The notes: a model not told the origin generated them from the sequence alone. 64,000 bases of DNA from Spirochaetia bacterium (GCA_965203055.1 OZ241863.1:3904001-3968000), one strand, 5' to 3'; shown: positions 29,056 through 39,470, counted from the stretch's first letter. A program made the numbers and translations.

Positions 29056-32000
29056 ATGTCGCTTGAAGAGCGGGCGAAGGAGTGGCCGGCGCAGTGGCTG
29101 CGGGAAGGCCGCGCGCAGGATACGCGGTTGATCGAGCGGTGGCTGCCGATCGCGGCGCTTGGGATCGAGAGTATCCGCGAGCGGACGCCGATGACCCCGT
29201 TCCCGGCGCCGAACCGGTTGCACGTGTGGTGGGCGCGGCGGCCGTTGGTGGCGTCGCGGGCGGCGGTGCTGGCGTCGCTGCTGCCGGCGGACGCGGACCG
29301 GGATAGGTTTCTGCATGTGCTCGGCATCCACGGCGACCCGGTGGCCACGCGCCGCCGGATCGACGCCGCCAAGAGATCGGGGAACCGATTCAAGGGGCAG
29401 GCTTACAGCTATCCGCGCGCGTTTGGTTACGCGCCGGGGCAAACGGATCAGGAGTGGTTGCGTACCGCTCTCGAGACGCCGCTGAGTGAGTGCAACATCC
29501 TCGATCCTGCGGCAGGAGGCGGCAGCATCCCCTTCGAGACGATACGGCTCGGAGCGGCGGCTATCGCCAACGATCTCAATCCGGTGTCGGCGCTGATAAT
29601 GGATGCTTCGGTGAAGTGGCCTTCCTCATTCGGCTCGGATCTCCACCGCGAGTTCGATGACCTGTCGAAGCGGTTCATTGCGGCGAGAGAAGATCGCCTT
29701 GCCCCGTACTTCCCCAAGGAGGAAGGAACCAGGCCAAGACCGGATGATGTCGTCAATGCCATAGCCACCAACTTTCTGTGGGCGCGGACGGTGAGTTGTC
29801 CGTATTGCGGGGGGCGGGTGCCGCTGGCGCCGAACTGGCGGTTGGCGCCGGACGGGACGGGGGTGCGGCTGGAACCGCAGCCCGGCGGTGATTCAAGTAA
29901 TCCGAGTGCGCCGGGTGAGGCGCCGGGAGCGCCGGGGCGGGTGTGCCGGTTCGAGGTGGTGCATTCGGCGCGGGAGCAGGCGGCGGGGACGGTGGCACGC
30001 GGGGCGGGCAGCTGCCCGTGGCCGGATTGCGGGCGGGTGATCTCGGGCGACGAGATCAAGGCGCAGGCGCAGGCCGGAGCGATGGGCGAGCAACTGTTCG
30101 CGGTGGTCTACAAGGAACGGGTGAACACGTATACCAAGACCGGCCGCCGGCGCGAGAAGTGGGTGCGCCGCTACCGCGCGCCGCGCCCGGAAGACGACAA
30201 CGCCGCCGAGATAGCGGCGCGGCTGGCGGAGAAGCTGCCGGAGTGGGAGGCGTTCGACCTGGTGCCAAGCGAGCGGTTCTCGGAGGAGAGCAACGACGAT
30301 CGCCCGATCCAGTACGGCATGCCGCGCTGGCGGGACCTGTTCTCCCCGCGGCAGCTCCTGTGCCACGGCACCGGCGTAGAGGTGTTCCGCGAGTTGCTGG
30401 AAGCCGACCGCGCCGCCGGCGCGCTGACCCCGCTGCGCCAGGCCGCCTACGGCTTCCTGGCCCTCTCGCTCGACAAGACCCGTGACTACAACTCCCGCAT
30501 GACTCGCTGGCACGTAGGGCGCGAAGTAATGGTCAATACCTTCGACCGGCACGACTTCTCCTTCAAGTGGTCCTACGCCGAGATGGCGCCGCTGATCACC
30601 GGCCTGGGCTACGACTGGGCCATCCGCCAGACCGCCAAGTGCATCCGGGAACTGGTCGCCCTGGTGCGTCCCGGCGCCGGCGGCTCCGGTGCTCTAGGAG
30701 ATCTGTTCCCTGAGTCGGGCGCGCGGCCCGCCGTCACCATCACCTGCAAGCCGGGCGACAACCTCGACCATATCCCCGACGGCAGCGTCGACGCCGTGGT
30801 CATGGACCCGCCCTACTACGACAACGTGATGTACGCCGAGCTGTCCGACTTCTTCTACGTCTGGCTCAAGCGCACCGCCGGCCACGTCTTTCCCGCGCTG
30901 TTCCGCCGCCGCCTCACCGACAAGGAGAACGAGGCGGTCGCCAATCCCGCCCGGTTCCGCGGCCAGCCGGGCGCGCAGGCGCTCGCCGGGCGCGACTACC
31001 AGGAGCGGATGGCGAGCATCTTCGCCGAGATGCGCCGCGTGCTGAAATCCGACGGGGTGATGACGCTGATGTTCACCCACAAGGCGGCCGGCGCCTGGGA
31101 CGCGCTGACCACCGGGCTGATGGAGGCCGGCTTCGCGATCACCGCGTCATGGCCGATCAACACCGAGGCGGAGGGCAGCCTGCACGTGCGCAACAAGGCG
31201 GCTGCCAACAGCACCATCTTCCTGGCCTGCCGCCCGCGCACCGCGGCGCGCGAAGCGGACGAGACCCCGTACTACTGGGAAGACATCGAGCCTCGGGTAG
31301 CGGGCGCGGTGCGCGCCCGGGTGGCGGAGTATCAGGCGGCCGGCATCCGCGGGGTCGATCTCTACCTGGCCTGCTTCGGTCCTGCCCTGGAAGAATTCTC
31401 GCGCCACTGGCCGCTGGCGCGCGGCACGCCGCGCCCGGCGCCGCAGGAACGGCGGCGGGGCCGACGGCAGCCGGAGTTGGAGGCGGAGCGGGACCCCTAC
31501 GCGGTGAGCCCGGAAGACGTGCTGGACACCGCCCGGCGGGAGGTGAAGCGCTGGCGGCTGGAGCAGTTGACGCAGCGGCGGGCGGACGCCGACCTGGACC
31601 CTGCCACCGCCTTCTTCGTGCTGGCGTGGGACGCCTTCGAGGCGCCGGTGTTCGCCTACGACGAGGCGCTGCGGCTGGCGCGCGCGGTGGGCGTCGACCT
31701 GGAGCGGGAGGTGGTGGGCCGGCTGGCGGAGAAGCGCGGCAGCGACCTGCGGCTGTGGGACTCGACGCGGCGCGCCGCCGGCGGAGCGCTGGGGCCGCCC
31801 GACGGGGCGCGCGGCATGATCGACGCCGTGCACCACGCCGCCAACCTGGCGCGCACCCGCTCGCTCGACGATGCCCGCAAGCTGCTCGACGAGAAGCTGG
31901 GGACGCGCGAGGGGGCGTTCCTGACCGCGCTGGAAGCGGTGCTGGAAGTGCTGCCGGTCAGCAAGAGGTGGACCGGGATCGACCTGCCGGGAGAGGCGGC

Positions 32001-32109
32001 GGCCGCGGGCAGCGACTTCGAGGCGCTCTACCATCTGGCGCGCCTGGCGTACGGCGACCGGATCGACGAACCGAAGCAGCTCCGGCTATGGCAGGAGGAC
32101 GCCGCCTGA
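29056..32109 (+). CDS. DUF1156 family adenine-specific DNA methyltransferase with zinc ribbon
   Basis: [13 protein letters not shown] (DUF1156), motif [15 protein letters not shown] and CPWPDC, motif IV DPPYYDN. Confidence 0.9.
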   Translation: MSLEERAKEWPAQWLREGRAQDTRLIERWLPIAALGIESIRERTPMTPFPAPNRLHVWWARRPLVASRAAVLASLLPADADRDRFLHVLGIHGDPVATRRRIDAAKRSGNRFKGQAYSYPRAFGYAPGQTDQEWLRTALETPLSECNILDPAAGGGSIPFETIRLGAAAIANDLNPVSALIMDASVKWPSSFGSDLHREFDDLSKRFIAAREDRLAPYFPKEEGTRPRPDDVVNAIATNFLWARTVSCPYCGGRVPLAPNWRLAPDGTGVRLEPQPGGDSSNPSAPGEAPGAPGRVCRFEVVHSAREQAAGTVARGAGSCPWPDCGRVISGDEIKAQAQAGAMGEQLFAVVYKERVNTYTKTGRRREKWVRRYRAPRPEDDNAAEIAARLAEKLPEWEAFDLVPSERFSEESNDDRPIQYGMPRWRDLFSPRQLLCHGTGVEVFRELLEADRAAGALTPLRQAAYGFLALSLDKTRDYNSRMTRWHVGREVMVNTFDRHDFSFKWSYAEMAPLITGLGYDWAIRQTAKCIRELVALVRPGAGGSGALGDLFPESGARPAVTITCKPGDNLDHIPDGSVDAVVMDPPYYDNVMYAELSDFFYVWLKRTAGHVFPALFRRRLTDKENEAVANPARFRGQPGAQALAGRDYQERMASIFAEMRRVLKSDGVMTLMFTHKAAGAWDALTTGLMEAGFAITASWPINTEAEGSLHVRNKAAANSTIFLACRPRTAAREADETPYYWEDIEPRVAGAVRARVAEYQAAGIRGVDLYLACFGPALEEFSRHWPLARGTPRPAPQERRRGRRQPELEAERDPYAVSPEDVLDTARREVKRWRLEQLTQRRADADLDPATAFFVLAWDAFEAPVFAYDEALRLARAVGVDLEREVVGRLAEKRGSDLRLWDSTRRAAGGALGPPDGARGMIDAVHHAANLARTRSLDDARKLLDEKLGTREGAFLTALEAVLEVLPVSKRWTGIDLPGEAAAAGSDFEALYHLARLAYGDRIDEPKQLRLWQEDAA

Positions 32110-32288
32110 CCCTGCTCGCCGGAGACCGGTTCCTCCACGAAGAAGACCGCCGCACGCGGCGTCGGAGCCGGCCCTGCGGGCAGCTTGCCGACACGTTGGT
32201 TGGTGCTCCCGACAGCCCGGCACAGCCCGGCAGGGCGGCGGTAGCGGACTTGCCGCGCCCGGAGTATGGTTGGCGTGGAGGATCACCG

Positions 32289-33098
32289 ATGGCTTACGCG
32301 GCAGGTGCGCCAGGCACGGCACTCGCTCCGGTTGCTCCGGTCGAGATCGACTACCCCAGTTCGGACGGTAAGCCTTTGGCGGAAAGCTATTTTCAACTCA
32401 TCCCTCTGGTCTACGCCTTCGACGCGCTGCGGCGCCACTACGCCCACCGCGACGACGTGTTCGTAGCGGCCGACCTGCTGATCTACTACCAGAGGAGAAC
32501 CAAGAAGTCGGTTGCGCCGGACGTGTTCGTGGTGTTCGGCGCGGAGAATCGACCGCGCCACTCCTACCTGTTGTGGCAGGAACCGAAGGGGCCGGACTTC
32601 GTGCTGGAGGTCACCTCGGCGAGCACCCAGGACAAGGACCTGGGGCCGAAGCGAGAGACGTACCGGCGGTTGGGAGTGCGGGAGTACTGGCAATACGACC
32701 CGACGGGGGACTATCTGAAACCGCCGTTGCAGGGGCTGGAGCTGATCGGGGGAAGGTACCAGCGGCTGCCGGCGGAGGAGTTGGCGGACGGGACGCTGCG
32801 GCTGGAGAGCGAGGTGCTGGGGCTGGAAGTGCGTCAGGAAGAGGAGAGGCTGCGGTTCTACGATCCGGCGACAGGGAGCTATCTGCTGTCGTCGGACGAA
32901 GAACAACAGGGGCGGCTGCGGGAAGCCGCCGCCCGTCGCAAAGCGGAAGCCGCTCAGCGCCAGACGGAAGCGCGGCTCCACGACGAAGCCGCCGCCCGCC
33001 GCCAGGCGGAGGCCGCCCAGAGCCAAGCGGAAGCGCGCATCGCCGCGCTTGAGGCGCTGCTCCGCGAGCGGGGCGAGAGCGACACGCCAAGCAGATAA
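32289..33098 (+). CDS. Uma2 family (DUF820) PD-(D/E)XK endonuclease with coiled-coil tail
   Basis: GGAGG RBS; YPSSDGKPLAES, VAPDVFVVFG, PDFVLEVTS.ST...D...K...Y..LGVREYW.YDP. Confidence 0.9.
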   Translation: MAYAAGAPGTALAPVAPVEIDYPSSDGKPLAESYFQLIPLVYAFDALRRHYAHRDDVFVAADLLIYYQRRTKKSVAPDVFVVFGAENRPRHSYLLWQEPKGPDFVLEVTSASTQDKDLGPKRETYRRLGVREYWQYDPTGDYLKPPLQGLELIGGRYQRLPAEELADGTLRLESEVLGLEVRQEEERLRFYDPATGSYLLSSDEEQQGRLREAAARRKAEAAQRQTEARLHDEAAARRQAEAAQSQAEARIAALEALLRERGESDTPSR

Positions 33099-33180
33099 AC
33101 CGCCAACGAGGATGCGTTCGACCGGTGATAAAGAAGCTATTCGCGCGAGGCTGGGAAGCTGAGTAGACGTCGCAGGGTCG

Positions 33181-33939
33181 TCAGGGAGCGGCGCCGCCGC
33201 GTTTCCAGGGGGCGCGGCGCAGCACCGGGGCGTAGGCGTCATCTTCCAGGCTGATGCGCAGCGCCTGCAGCTCGGCGGCGCTCGGCTCGCGCGCCTGGAA
33301 TTCGAGGCGCCCGGCATCTTCCACCAGCGCCGCCGGCGTCTGTTCGGCTCCTTCCCCCATCTCCAGGACCGCGGCCGCGGCCAGTGACTGCACCAGGTTG
33401 GTCTTTTCCATGGTCAGGCGCCGGCCATACAGATCGGGCGCGCCGACGTAGTCGCGTAGCGCCAGAAAGCCGCAATGGGCGATGCCGCGGCCTACCACGC
33501 CCCAGTTCAGCGGAATACCGCCGCTGTCGGCGATTACCACGCCGAGCCGCGCGCGGCCCGCGGTGCGCTCCCGCAGCCGCCGCCACAGGTGGTTGGCGCT
33601 CCGCTGCGGGTCGCGCGGCCACAACGCCAGCCGGCCGGCGCCGTTGGACTGATCGATACCGGCGTTGACGAACATCCAGTTGCCCTTGATCGTAAGCATG
33701 ATGTCGTAACGCGAGGCGTGCGGCTCGAGGTACCACTCCGCTTCGGCGCGCACCAGCTCGTGCAGTTGCCGGCGGTCGCCGGCGCGCCCGGTCAGCCGGC
33801 CCTCGGCGATGCTGACCACCTTGGAAGCCACCACCACCACGCAACGGTCGGGCAACGGCAGCGGCAGGCTGGCGGCCAGCTCCTGCGCCAGGTCGCTGCC
33901 GGGCCGGATCAGCGGAGTGCGGATCGCGGTGACGGTCAC
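33181..33939 (-). CDS. CofE-family gamma-glutamyl ligase, resembling the folate-associated CT611/FolC2 type
   Basis: ASKVVSIAEGR, NAGIDQSN, GVVIADS, DYVGAPDLYGRRL, MGEGAEQTP, EDDAYAP. Confidence 0.78.
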   Translation of the reverse strand: MTVTAIRTPLIRPGSDLAQELAASLPLPLPDRCVVVVASKVVSIAEGRLTGRAGDRRQLHELVRAEAEWYLEPHASRYDIMLTIKGNWMFVNAGIDQSNGAGRLALWPRDPQRSANHLWRRLRERTAGRARLGVVIADSGGIPLNWGVVGRGIAHCGFLALRDYVGAPDLYGRRLTMEKTNLVQSLAAAAVLEMGEGAEQTPAALVEDAGRLEFQAREPSAAELQALRISLEDDAYAPVLRRAPWKRGGAAP

Positions 33940-33946
33940 CCGCAGG

Positions 33947-35425
33947 TCACGGGAGGCAGTGCTGGTAGCCGCGGGCGTTGGCCAGGGCGAGCCCGCCGGC
34001 GATGCTGCGATAGAAGTCGAAGCGCACGATGCGTCCCGGAAACAATTCCTCCAGCCGCGCCTGCACCGGCAGGAGTTGCGACGAGCCGCCGGTGCACACC
34101 ACCCGATCGACCTGCTCGGCCGCGACGCCGGTCCGGTGCAGCAACGCCGCCACTACCGCGTCGATCTCCGCCACTACCGGCTGCAGGATCTCCTCCAACC
34201 TGGCGCGGTCCAGCGTCACTTCCAGATCGATCTCCGGCAAACAGATCGCCGCCCGGTCGGCCTGCGACAGGCGCGCCTTGGCCCGTTCGGTGGCGTTCAG
34301 CAGAGCATACGCGTAGTTGCCGCGGATCAACCGCCACAGTCGGCCCAGCTTGCGCTGCTGGTCGGCGCCGGAACGCAGCGCGGCGAACAACGTTTCCATC
34401 AGGTCGGGTTGGTTCATCATGTAGGCCATCTGCCAGTTCAGCAGGTAGTCGGCGTAGCGATAGAACGGAAACACGGTGTCCGGCTGGCGCAGATGTTGGG
34501 CGCTCTTGATCGGGCTTCCCTCGCCCAGCTCCGGGAACACCAGCCGTTTGATGATGAGCTGATCGATATGGTTGCCGCCCAGCGGCAGCCCCTCGGTGCC
34601 CAGCACGTGGAACTGCGCGCCGCGGCACTCCAGCAGGCACAGATCCAGGGTGCCGCCGCCGAAGTCGAAGGTAAGCAGGACCTGCGCGCCGGCCTGCTGC
34701 GCCGCGCGCGCCGCGGCAAGCAGCCCGCGGCGCGCCGGCGCTGCCGCCGCCGGGGCGGCCTGGCCGCGGGCGTGCAGGTAGCTGAGGCTCGCCGCCACCG
34801 GCTCCGGGTAGAACGAGAAGTTGGTGAAGCCGGCATGGCGGCAGGCCTCGGTCAGACGCGCCATGGCGATGGTGTTGGCGTCGTCGTCGCCGACGAAGCG
34901 GACCGGGCGGCCGAGGTGCAGCGTGCGGCTGACGTCGCGGCCCGCGGCGGCAATGCGCTTGCGCAGCTCGGTAAGGATCAGGGTAACCAGCGCTACGGTG
35001 CGGAACTGGCGATGGAACACCTTGAATCGTTCCTGGGCGCGGATTCCGAGGTAGCTCTTGAGCCCGCGAAACAGCCGTCCGGGAAGTTCCGCGTCGTCGT
35101 CGCCGCGCACGCGCACCGCGACCTCGACCGCGTCGCCCTCGGCGTGGCCCGGCGCGCTGCCGCCGTCGGTGGCGTTTACCGTCATGGCGATGGTGCCCAG
35201 ATCTATCTTGCGCAGGCGCACTACCCGGCCGACGTTGTCGCCCAGGTAGCCGGCGATGGCGGCGCTGCCGACGGTGTGCTCCATGGAGCGCCGAATATAG
35301 AGAGCTGTCGGCATCACGGTGGCAGGCTCAGCGAGCGGATCAAGTTTGAGGTACGTGATCTGGTCGCCATCGGCCACTGCAACCGTGGTGTTGGTGGTGC
35401 CGAAATCGAGTCCGATGCCGATCAT
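33947..35425 (-). CDS. Hsp70 family protein (YegD-like)
   Basis: IGLDFGTTNT, GRPVRF, EPVAA, FDFGGGTLD, TGGSS. Confidence 0.85.
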   Translation of the reverse strand: MIGIGLDFGTTNTTVAVADGDQITYLKLDPLAEPATVMPTALYIRRSMEHTVGSAAIAGYLGDNVGRVVRLRKIDLGTIAMTVNATDGGSAPGHAEGDAVEVAVRVRGDDDAELPGRLFRGLKSYLGIRAQERFKVFHRQFRTVALVTLILTELRKRIAAAGRDVSRTLHLGRPVRFVGDDDANTIAMARLTEACRHAGFTNFSFYPEPVAASLSYLHARGQAAPAAAAPARRGLLAAARAAQQAGAQVLLTFDFGGGTLDLCLLECRGAQFHVLGTEGLPLGGNHIDQLIIKRLVFPELGEGSPIKSAQHLRQPDTVFPFYRYADYLLNWQMAYMMNQPDLMETLFAALRSGADQQRKLGRLWRLIRGNYAYALLNATERAKARLSQADRAAICLPEIDLEVTLDRARLEEILQPVVAEIDAVVAALLHRTGVAAEQVDRVVCTGGSSQLLPVQARLEELFPGRIVRFDFYRSIAGGLALANARGYQHCLP

Positions 35426-35513
35426 GTTTGGGTGAACGAGACCAAGTATGTTAGGAGCCAGGCGCACGGTGCAAGAGTTTTCTTGAATGAGTCGGTTGGG
35501 GTATGCTGCGCAT

Positions 35514-36245
35514 ATGAATCCGCACAGCGGCGAGTGGGAAACTCTGAAGGTCGGCGGCGCCGCGATGCGCACGTTCGTGGCGCGCCCCGCGGCGGCGGCC
35601 GCGGCGGAGCGGGCGCCGGGGGTACTGGTGATCCAGCACGCGGGCGGCGTGGATCAGTTCGTACAGGGGATGGCGCGGCGTCTGGCGGCGGCCGGATACG
35701 TGGCCGCCGCCCCGGAGCTGTACCACCGCCAGGACCCGCCGCCGGAGGAGCCGCTGGAACGGATGGGGCAGCTCCGCGACGCGGAGATCATCGCCGACAG
35801 TGACGCGGCGCTCGACTGGCTCGGCGCGGCCGGGAGCGGCGGCGCGCGGCCGCTCGGGGTGGTCGGCTTCTGCATGGGGGGCCGCGCGGCCTACCTGTTG
35901 GCCGCGGCCAGCGATCGGCTGCAGGCGGCGGTGGCGTTCTACGGCGGCAACACCCGCGAGCCGTGGGGGAAGGGAGCCTCCCCCTTCGAGCGCCTCGGCG
36001 AGATCAGTTGTCCGGTGCTGGGGTTCTTCGGCGGCCGCGACGCCAATCCCTCGCCCGAGGACCGCGACGCGATCGCCGCCGAACTGACGCGCCACGGCGT
36101 GGAGCACCAGTTTCACCGCTATGCCGGCGCCGGTCACGGCTACATGGACTTCACCAACCCGACGCGCTACCACACCGAGGCCGCCAGCGATTCCTGGAGC
36201 CTGACGCTGGAGTTTCTGCAGCGCCATCTCTCCCGCGGAAGCTGA
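35514..36245 (+). CDS. Dienelactone hydrolase family protein
   Basis: GVVGFCMGG, FYG, GHGY. Confidence 0.88.
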   Translation: MNPHSGEWETLKVGGAAMRTFVARPAAAAAAERAPGVLVIQHAGGVDQFVQGMARRLAAAGYVAAAPELYHRQDPPPEEPLERMGQLRDAEIIADSDAALDWLGAAGSGGARPLGVVGFCMGGRAAYLLAAASDRLQAAVAFYGGNTREPWGKGASPFERLGEISCPVLGFFGGRDANPSPEDRDAIAAELTRHGVEHQFHRYAGAGHGYMDFTNPTRYHTEAASDSWSLTLEFLQRHLSRGS

Positions 36246-36262
36246 CGGAACAGGGCGGCGAG

Positions 36263-37045
36263 TTGGCCGGCGCCGAATTCGAGAATCGGGCGGCGCTGGT
36301 GCCCGGCGGCGGCGGCGGCATCGGCCGCGCCGTGTGCCGGGCGCTGGCGCAGCGGGGCGCGCAGGTCACGGTTGCCGACCTGGACCCGGAGCGGGCGCAG
36401 GGGGTGGCCGCGGCCTTGCCGGGGGCCGCGGCGCATGCCGCCCTGGCGGTCGACGTCAGCGACCCCGCGGCGGTGGCGGCCGCGGTTGCGGGGTTGGCGC
36501 GGATCGACTTCCTGGTGTACTGCGCGGGCAACAACGTCAAGGCGCCCTCCCTGGAATTGAGCGCCGAACAGTGGCGCGCCGCCCTCGACAGCCACCTGAC
36601 CGGCGCCTTTCTGTTCAGCCAGGCGGTGGGCCGGCGGCTGGTCGCCGGCGGCCGGGGCGGGCGCATCGTCTATATCTCGTCGGTCGGCGCGTGGGCGCCG
36701 ATCCCGGAACGCGGCGCCTACAGTCCCTCCAAGGCCGCCCTCAACAGTCTCGCCGGAATGCTGGCCGTGGAGTGGGCGCGCTACGGCATCAACGTCAATG
36801 CCGTATGCCCCGGCGTGGCGGACACGCCGATGACGAAGCTGGTCTATGCCCGCGACCCGGCGCTGCAGGCGGCGCGGCGCAAGCGCATGCCGATCCCGCG
36901 CGAGGTGCGGCCGGAAGAAATCGCGGAACTGGTGGCGTTTCTCTGCGGGCGCGGCGGCAACTACGTCAACGGCGCGGCCATTCCGATCGACGGCGGCTTC
37001 CTGCAGTCCGGCTTCATGCCGGAACCGGCGCCCGGCAACCAGTAG
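36263..37045 (+). CDS. SDR family oxidoreductase
   Basis: PGGGGGIG, YSPSK, NAVCPG, IDGG; start approximate. Confidence 0.85.
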   Translation: MAGAEFENRAALVPGGGGGIGRAVCRALAQRGAQVTVADLDPERAQGVAAALPGAAAHAALAVDVSDPAAVAAAVAGLARIDFLVYCAGNNVKAPSLELSAEQWRAALDSHLTGAFLFSQAVGRRLVAGGRGGRIVYISSVGAWAPIPERGAYSPSKAALNSLAGMLAVEWARYGINVNAVCPGVADTPMTKLVYARDPALQAARRKRMPIPREVRPEEIAELVAFLCGRGGNYVNGAAIPIDGGFLQSGFMPEPAPGNQ

Positions 37046-37046
37046 G

Positions 37047-37250
37047 TCACGGCCGCGGGCCGGGCGCTCGTTCGCGCAGCAGGGCCTCGACCTCGCGCCG
37101 CAAGGCGCCGGCGCCGACTCCGTTGCGGGCGCACGCATCGTAGACGTGGGCGATCAGGTCGTCGACCTCCACCGGCGCCGCGTAATCGCGCGGCAGCAGG
37201 CCGCGCGCGCGCAGCAGGTTGATGGTGGCGTTGACCTCCAGCCGATTCAC
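37047..37250 (-). CDS. Small hypothetical protein
   Basis: Fills the gap, GC-rich third positions, no motif. Confidence 0.45.
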   Translation of the reverse strand: MNRLEVNATINLLRARGLLPRDYAAPVEVDDLIAHVYDACARNGVGAGALRREVEALLRERAPGPRP

Positions 37251-37364
37251 CGCGCCGCCAGTCTATGGGTTGCGGGAGTGCCCGGCAACCGCCCGCTTGC
37301 CGGCCGTCCGCCGCAACGAACCGGTCGGTAGCGGGCGGGGCCTGCGGCGTGATAGGTTGCCGGC

Positions 37365-37886
37365 ATGACCAGCCAACCGGGGCGCCTGCTGGCAATCGCT
37401 ACTCGACACCGCTCGCGCGGCGCCATGCTGGAGTTGCCGCGCGCCGCCGTTACCGGCCGCGGCGGCGTGGCGGACGACTTCCGCGGGCGCCCGGGACGGC
37501 GCCAAGTGACGGTGTTGAGCCTGGAGGATTGGCAGGCGGCGTGCGCCCAGGCGGGCCGCCCGGAGCTGCCGTGGACCACGCGCCGCGCCAACCTCCTGGT
37601 GACCGGCATCGAGCTGGCGGCCGCCAACCAGGCCGCCGCGGCCAGCGCCGCGGGGGGCGTACTGCGCGTCGGCGCGGTAGAACTGGAAGTGACCGGCGAG
37701 ACCGCGCCCTGCGACCGGATGGAAGAGGCCTGCCCGGGGTTGCGCGCCGCGCTGGCGGTGGGCGGGCGCGGCGGGGTGACCTGCCGCGTGCTGCGCGGCG
37801 GCGAGCTGGCCGCCGGCGACCCGGTGCGGCAGGAGCCGGCGCGGGCCGCGGCCGGAGCCGCGCCGGCACGGAGCGGCTCCGGCTAA
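37365..37886 (+). CDS. MOSC domain protein
   Basis: RQVT, RRANLLV.G, PCDRME, GGVTCRVLRGG....GD. Confidence 0.85.
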   Translation: MTSQPGRLLAIATRHRSRGAMLELPRAAVTGRGGVADDFRGRPGRRQVTVLSLEDWQAACAQAGRPELPWTTRRANLLVTGIELAAANQAAAASAAGGVLRVGAVELEVTGETAPCDRMEEACPGLRAALAVGGRGGVTCRVLRGGELAAGDPVRQEPARAAAGAAPARSGSG

Positions 37887-37895
37887 GCCAAGACG

Positions 37896-39437
37896 ATGCG
37901 GTTGGCGGAACTGGCGGCGACTTCGCAGGAGGTCGCGCAGACCCGCTCGCGCAGCGCCAAGGTAGCCGCCCTGGCCGCCTGCCTGCGGCGGCTGGAGGAG
38001 GGCGAGCGCACCGCCGCCGTCGCTTGGCTGGCGGGTGAGCTTCCGCAAGGCCGGCTGGGGGTGGGCTACGCCGCCCTGGCGCAACCCGCGGCGCCGGCCG
38101 CGGGCGCGGCCTCGCTCGAGCTGCGGGAGGTGGGCGGCCTGCTGGACGCGGTGGCCGCGGCGCGCGGGCCGGGGGCGCGGCAACGGCGGGCGGAGTTGCT
38201 CGGGCGCCTCATGGCCCGGGCTACCGCCGAGGAGCAGCGCTTCCTGCGCCGGCTGGTGCTGCAGGAGCTGCGCCAGGGCGCCCTGGAAGGCGTCATGGTG
38301 GAGGCCCTCGCCGCGGCCGCCGGGGTCGCCGCCGCGGCGGTCCGGCGGGCGCTGTTGGTCGGCGGCTCACTGCCGGCGGTGGGCAGCGCGCTGCTTGGCG
38401 GCGGCGAGGCTGCGCTCGCCCGGTTCCGGCTCACGCTGTTCCGCCCGTTGCTGCCGATGCTGGCCCAGACCGCGCCCGACGTCGCCGGCGCGCTGCGGCG
38501 CACCGGCCCGGCCTCGGTGGAGACCAAGTATGACGGCGCGCGGGTCCAGGTCCACCGCGCCGGCTCGCGGGTCGAGATCTACACGCGCAATCTGCGCGAG
38601 CTGTCCGCCAACCTGCCGGAAATCGCGGCCGCGGCGGCGCGGCTGCCGCTGGACCGCATGATTCTGGACGGCGAGGTGATCGCGTTGCGCCGCGACGGCC
38701 AACCGCATCCGTTCCAGGTCACCATGAGCCGCTTCGGCCGCCGGCAGGCGCCGGCGCGCGGCGCCGCGGCTCTGCCCCTCAGCGCCTTCTTCTTCGATTG
38801 CCTGCATCTGGACGGGGCCGACCTGCCGGACCGTCCCCTGAGCGAGCGGCTGGAAGCGCTGGATGCGGCCTGTCCCGCGGCGCTGCGCGTGCCTCGGCTG
38901 GCCACCTCCGATCCCGAGCAGGCCGAGCGCCAAGCCGCGCAGGCCCGGGCCGCCGGCCACGAGGGAGTGATGCTCAAGTCTCTCGCCAGCCCCTACGCCG
39001 CGGGGCGGCGGGGCGCGGGTTGGCTCAAGGTCAAGCCGGCCCATACCTTCGATCTGGTGGTGGTGGCGGTGGAATGGGGCTCGGGCCGCCGCCGCGGGCA
39101 CCTGAGCAACCTGCACCTGGCGGCGCGCGACGCCGAACGCGGCGGGTTCGCGCCGGTCGGCAAGACCTTCAAGGGCCTGAGCGACGAGCTGCTGCGCTGG
39201 CAGACGCAACGGTTCCTGGGCCTGGAGACCCACCGCCGGGGGCCGGTGGTATACGTGCGCCCGGAGCAGGTGGTGGAAATCGCCTGCGACGGCATCCAGA
39301 CCAGCTCCCGCTACGCATGCGGGATGGCGCTGCGCTTCGCGCGCGTCCGGGGCTACCGCGCGGACAAGCCGGCGGCGGCGGCCGACACCGTCGCCGCCCT
39401 GCGCGCCCTCCACCGCCAGGCTCTTGGCGCCGCGTGA
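37896..39437 (+). CDS. ATP-dependent DNA ligase (actinobacterial LigB-like)
   Basis: PMLAQ, ETKYDGARVQVH, LDGE, EGVMLK, WLKVK, LRFAR. Confidence 0.92.
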   Translation: MRLAELAATSQEVAQTRSRSAKVAALAACLRRLEEGERTAAVAWLAGELPQGRLGVGYAALAQPAAPAAGAASLELREVGGLLDAVAAARGPGARQRRAELLGRLMARATAEEQRFLRRLVLQELRQGALEGVMVEALAAAAGVAAAAVRRALLVGGSLPAVGSALLGGGEAALARFRLTLFRPLLPMLAQTAPDVAGALRRTGPASVETKYDGARVQVHRAGSRVEIYTRNLRELSANLPEIAAAAARLPLDRMILDGEVIALRRDGQPHPFQVTMSRFGRRQAPARGAAALPLSAFFFDCLHLDGADLPDRPLSERLEALDAACPAALRVPRLATSDPEQAERQAAQARAAGHEGVMLKSLASPYAAGRRGAGWLKVKPAHTFDLVVVAVEWGSGRRRGHLSNLHLAARDAERGGFAPVGKTFKGLSDELLRWQTQRFLGLETHRRGPVVYVRPEQVVEIACDGIQTSSRYACGMALRFARVRGYRADKPAAAADTVAALRALHRQALGAA

Positions 39438-39470
39438 CCGGCGGCGCCTGCCCCGCTACCATGGGGCCAC

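Noticed and set aside
28353..29393. N-terminal extension of HppA in the track (1107 aa)
   Set aside because: Overlaps two plus-strand genes; ATG 28352 has an RBS and an upstream TTGACG-18-TACCTT promoter
31149..32288. Methyltransferase-Uma2 frameshift fusion (ORF 31149-33098)
   Set aside because: The upstream part is an off-frame shadow; Uma2 has its own RBS and ATG at 32289, and the methyltransferase ends normally
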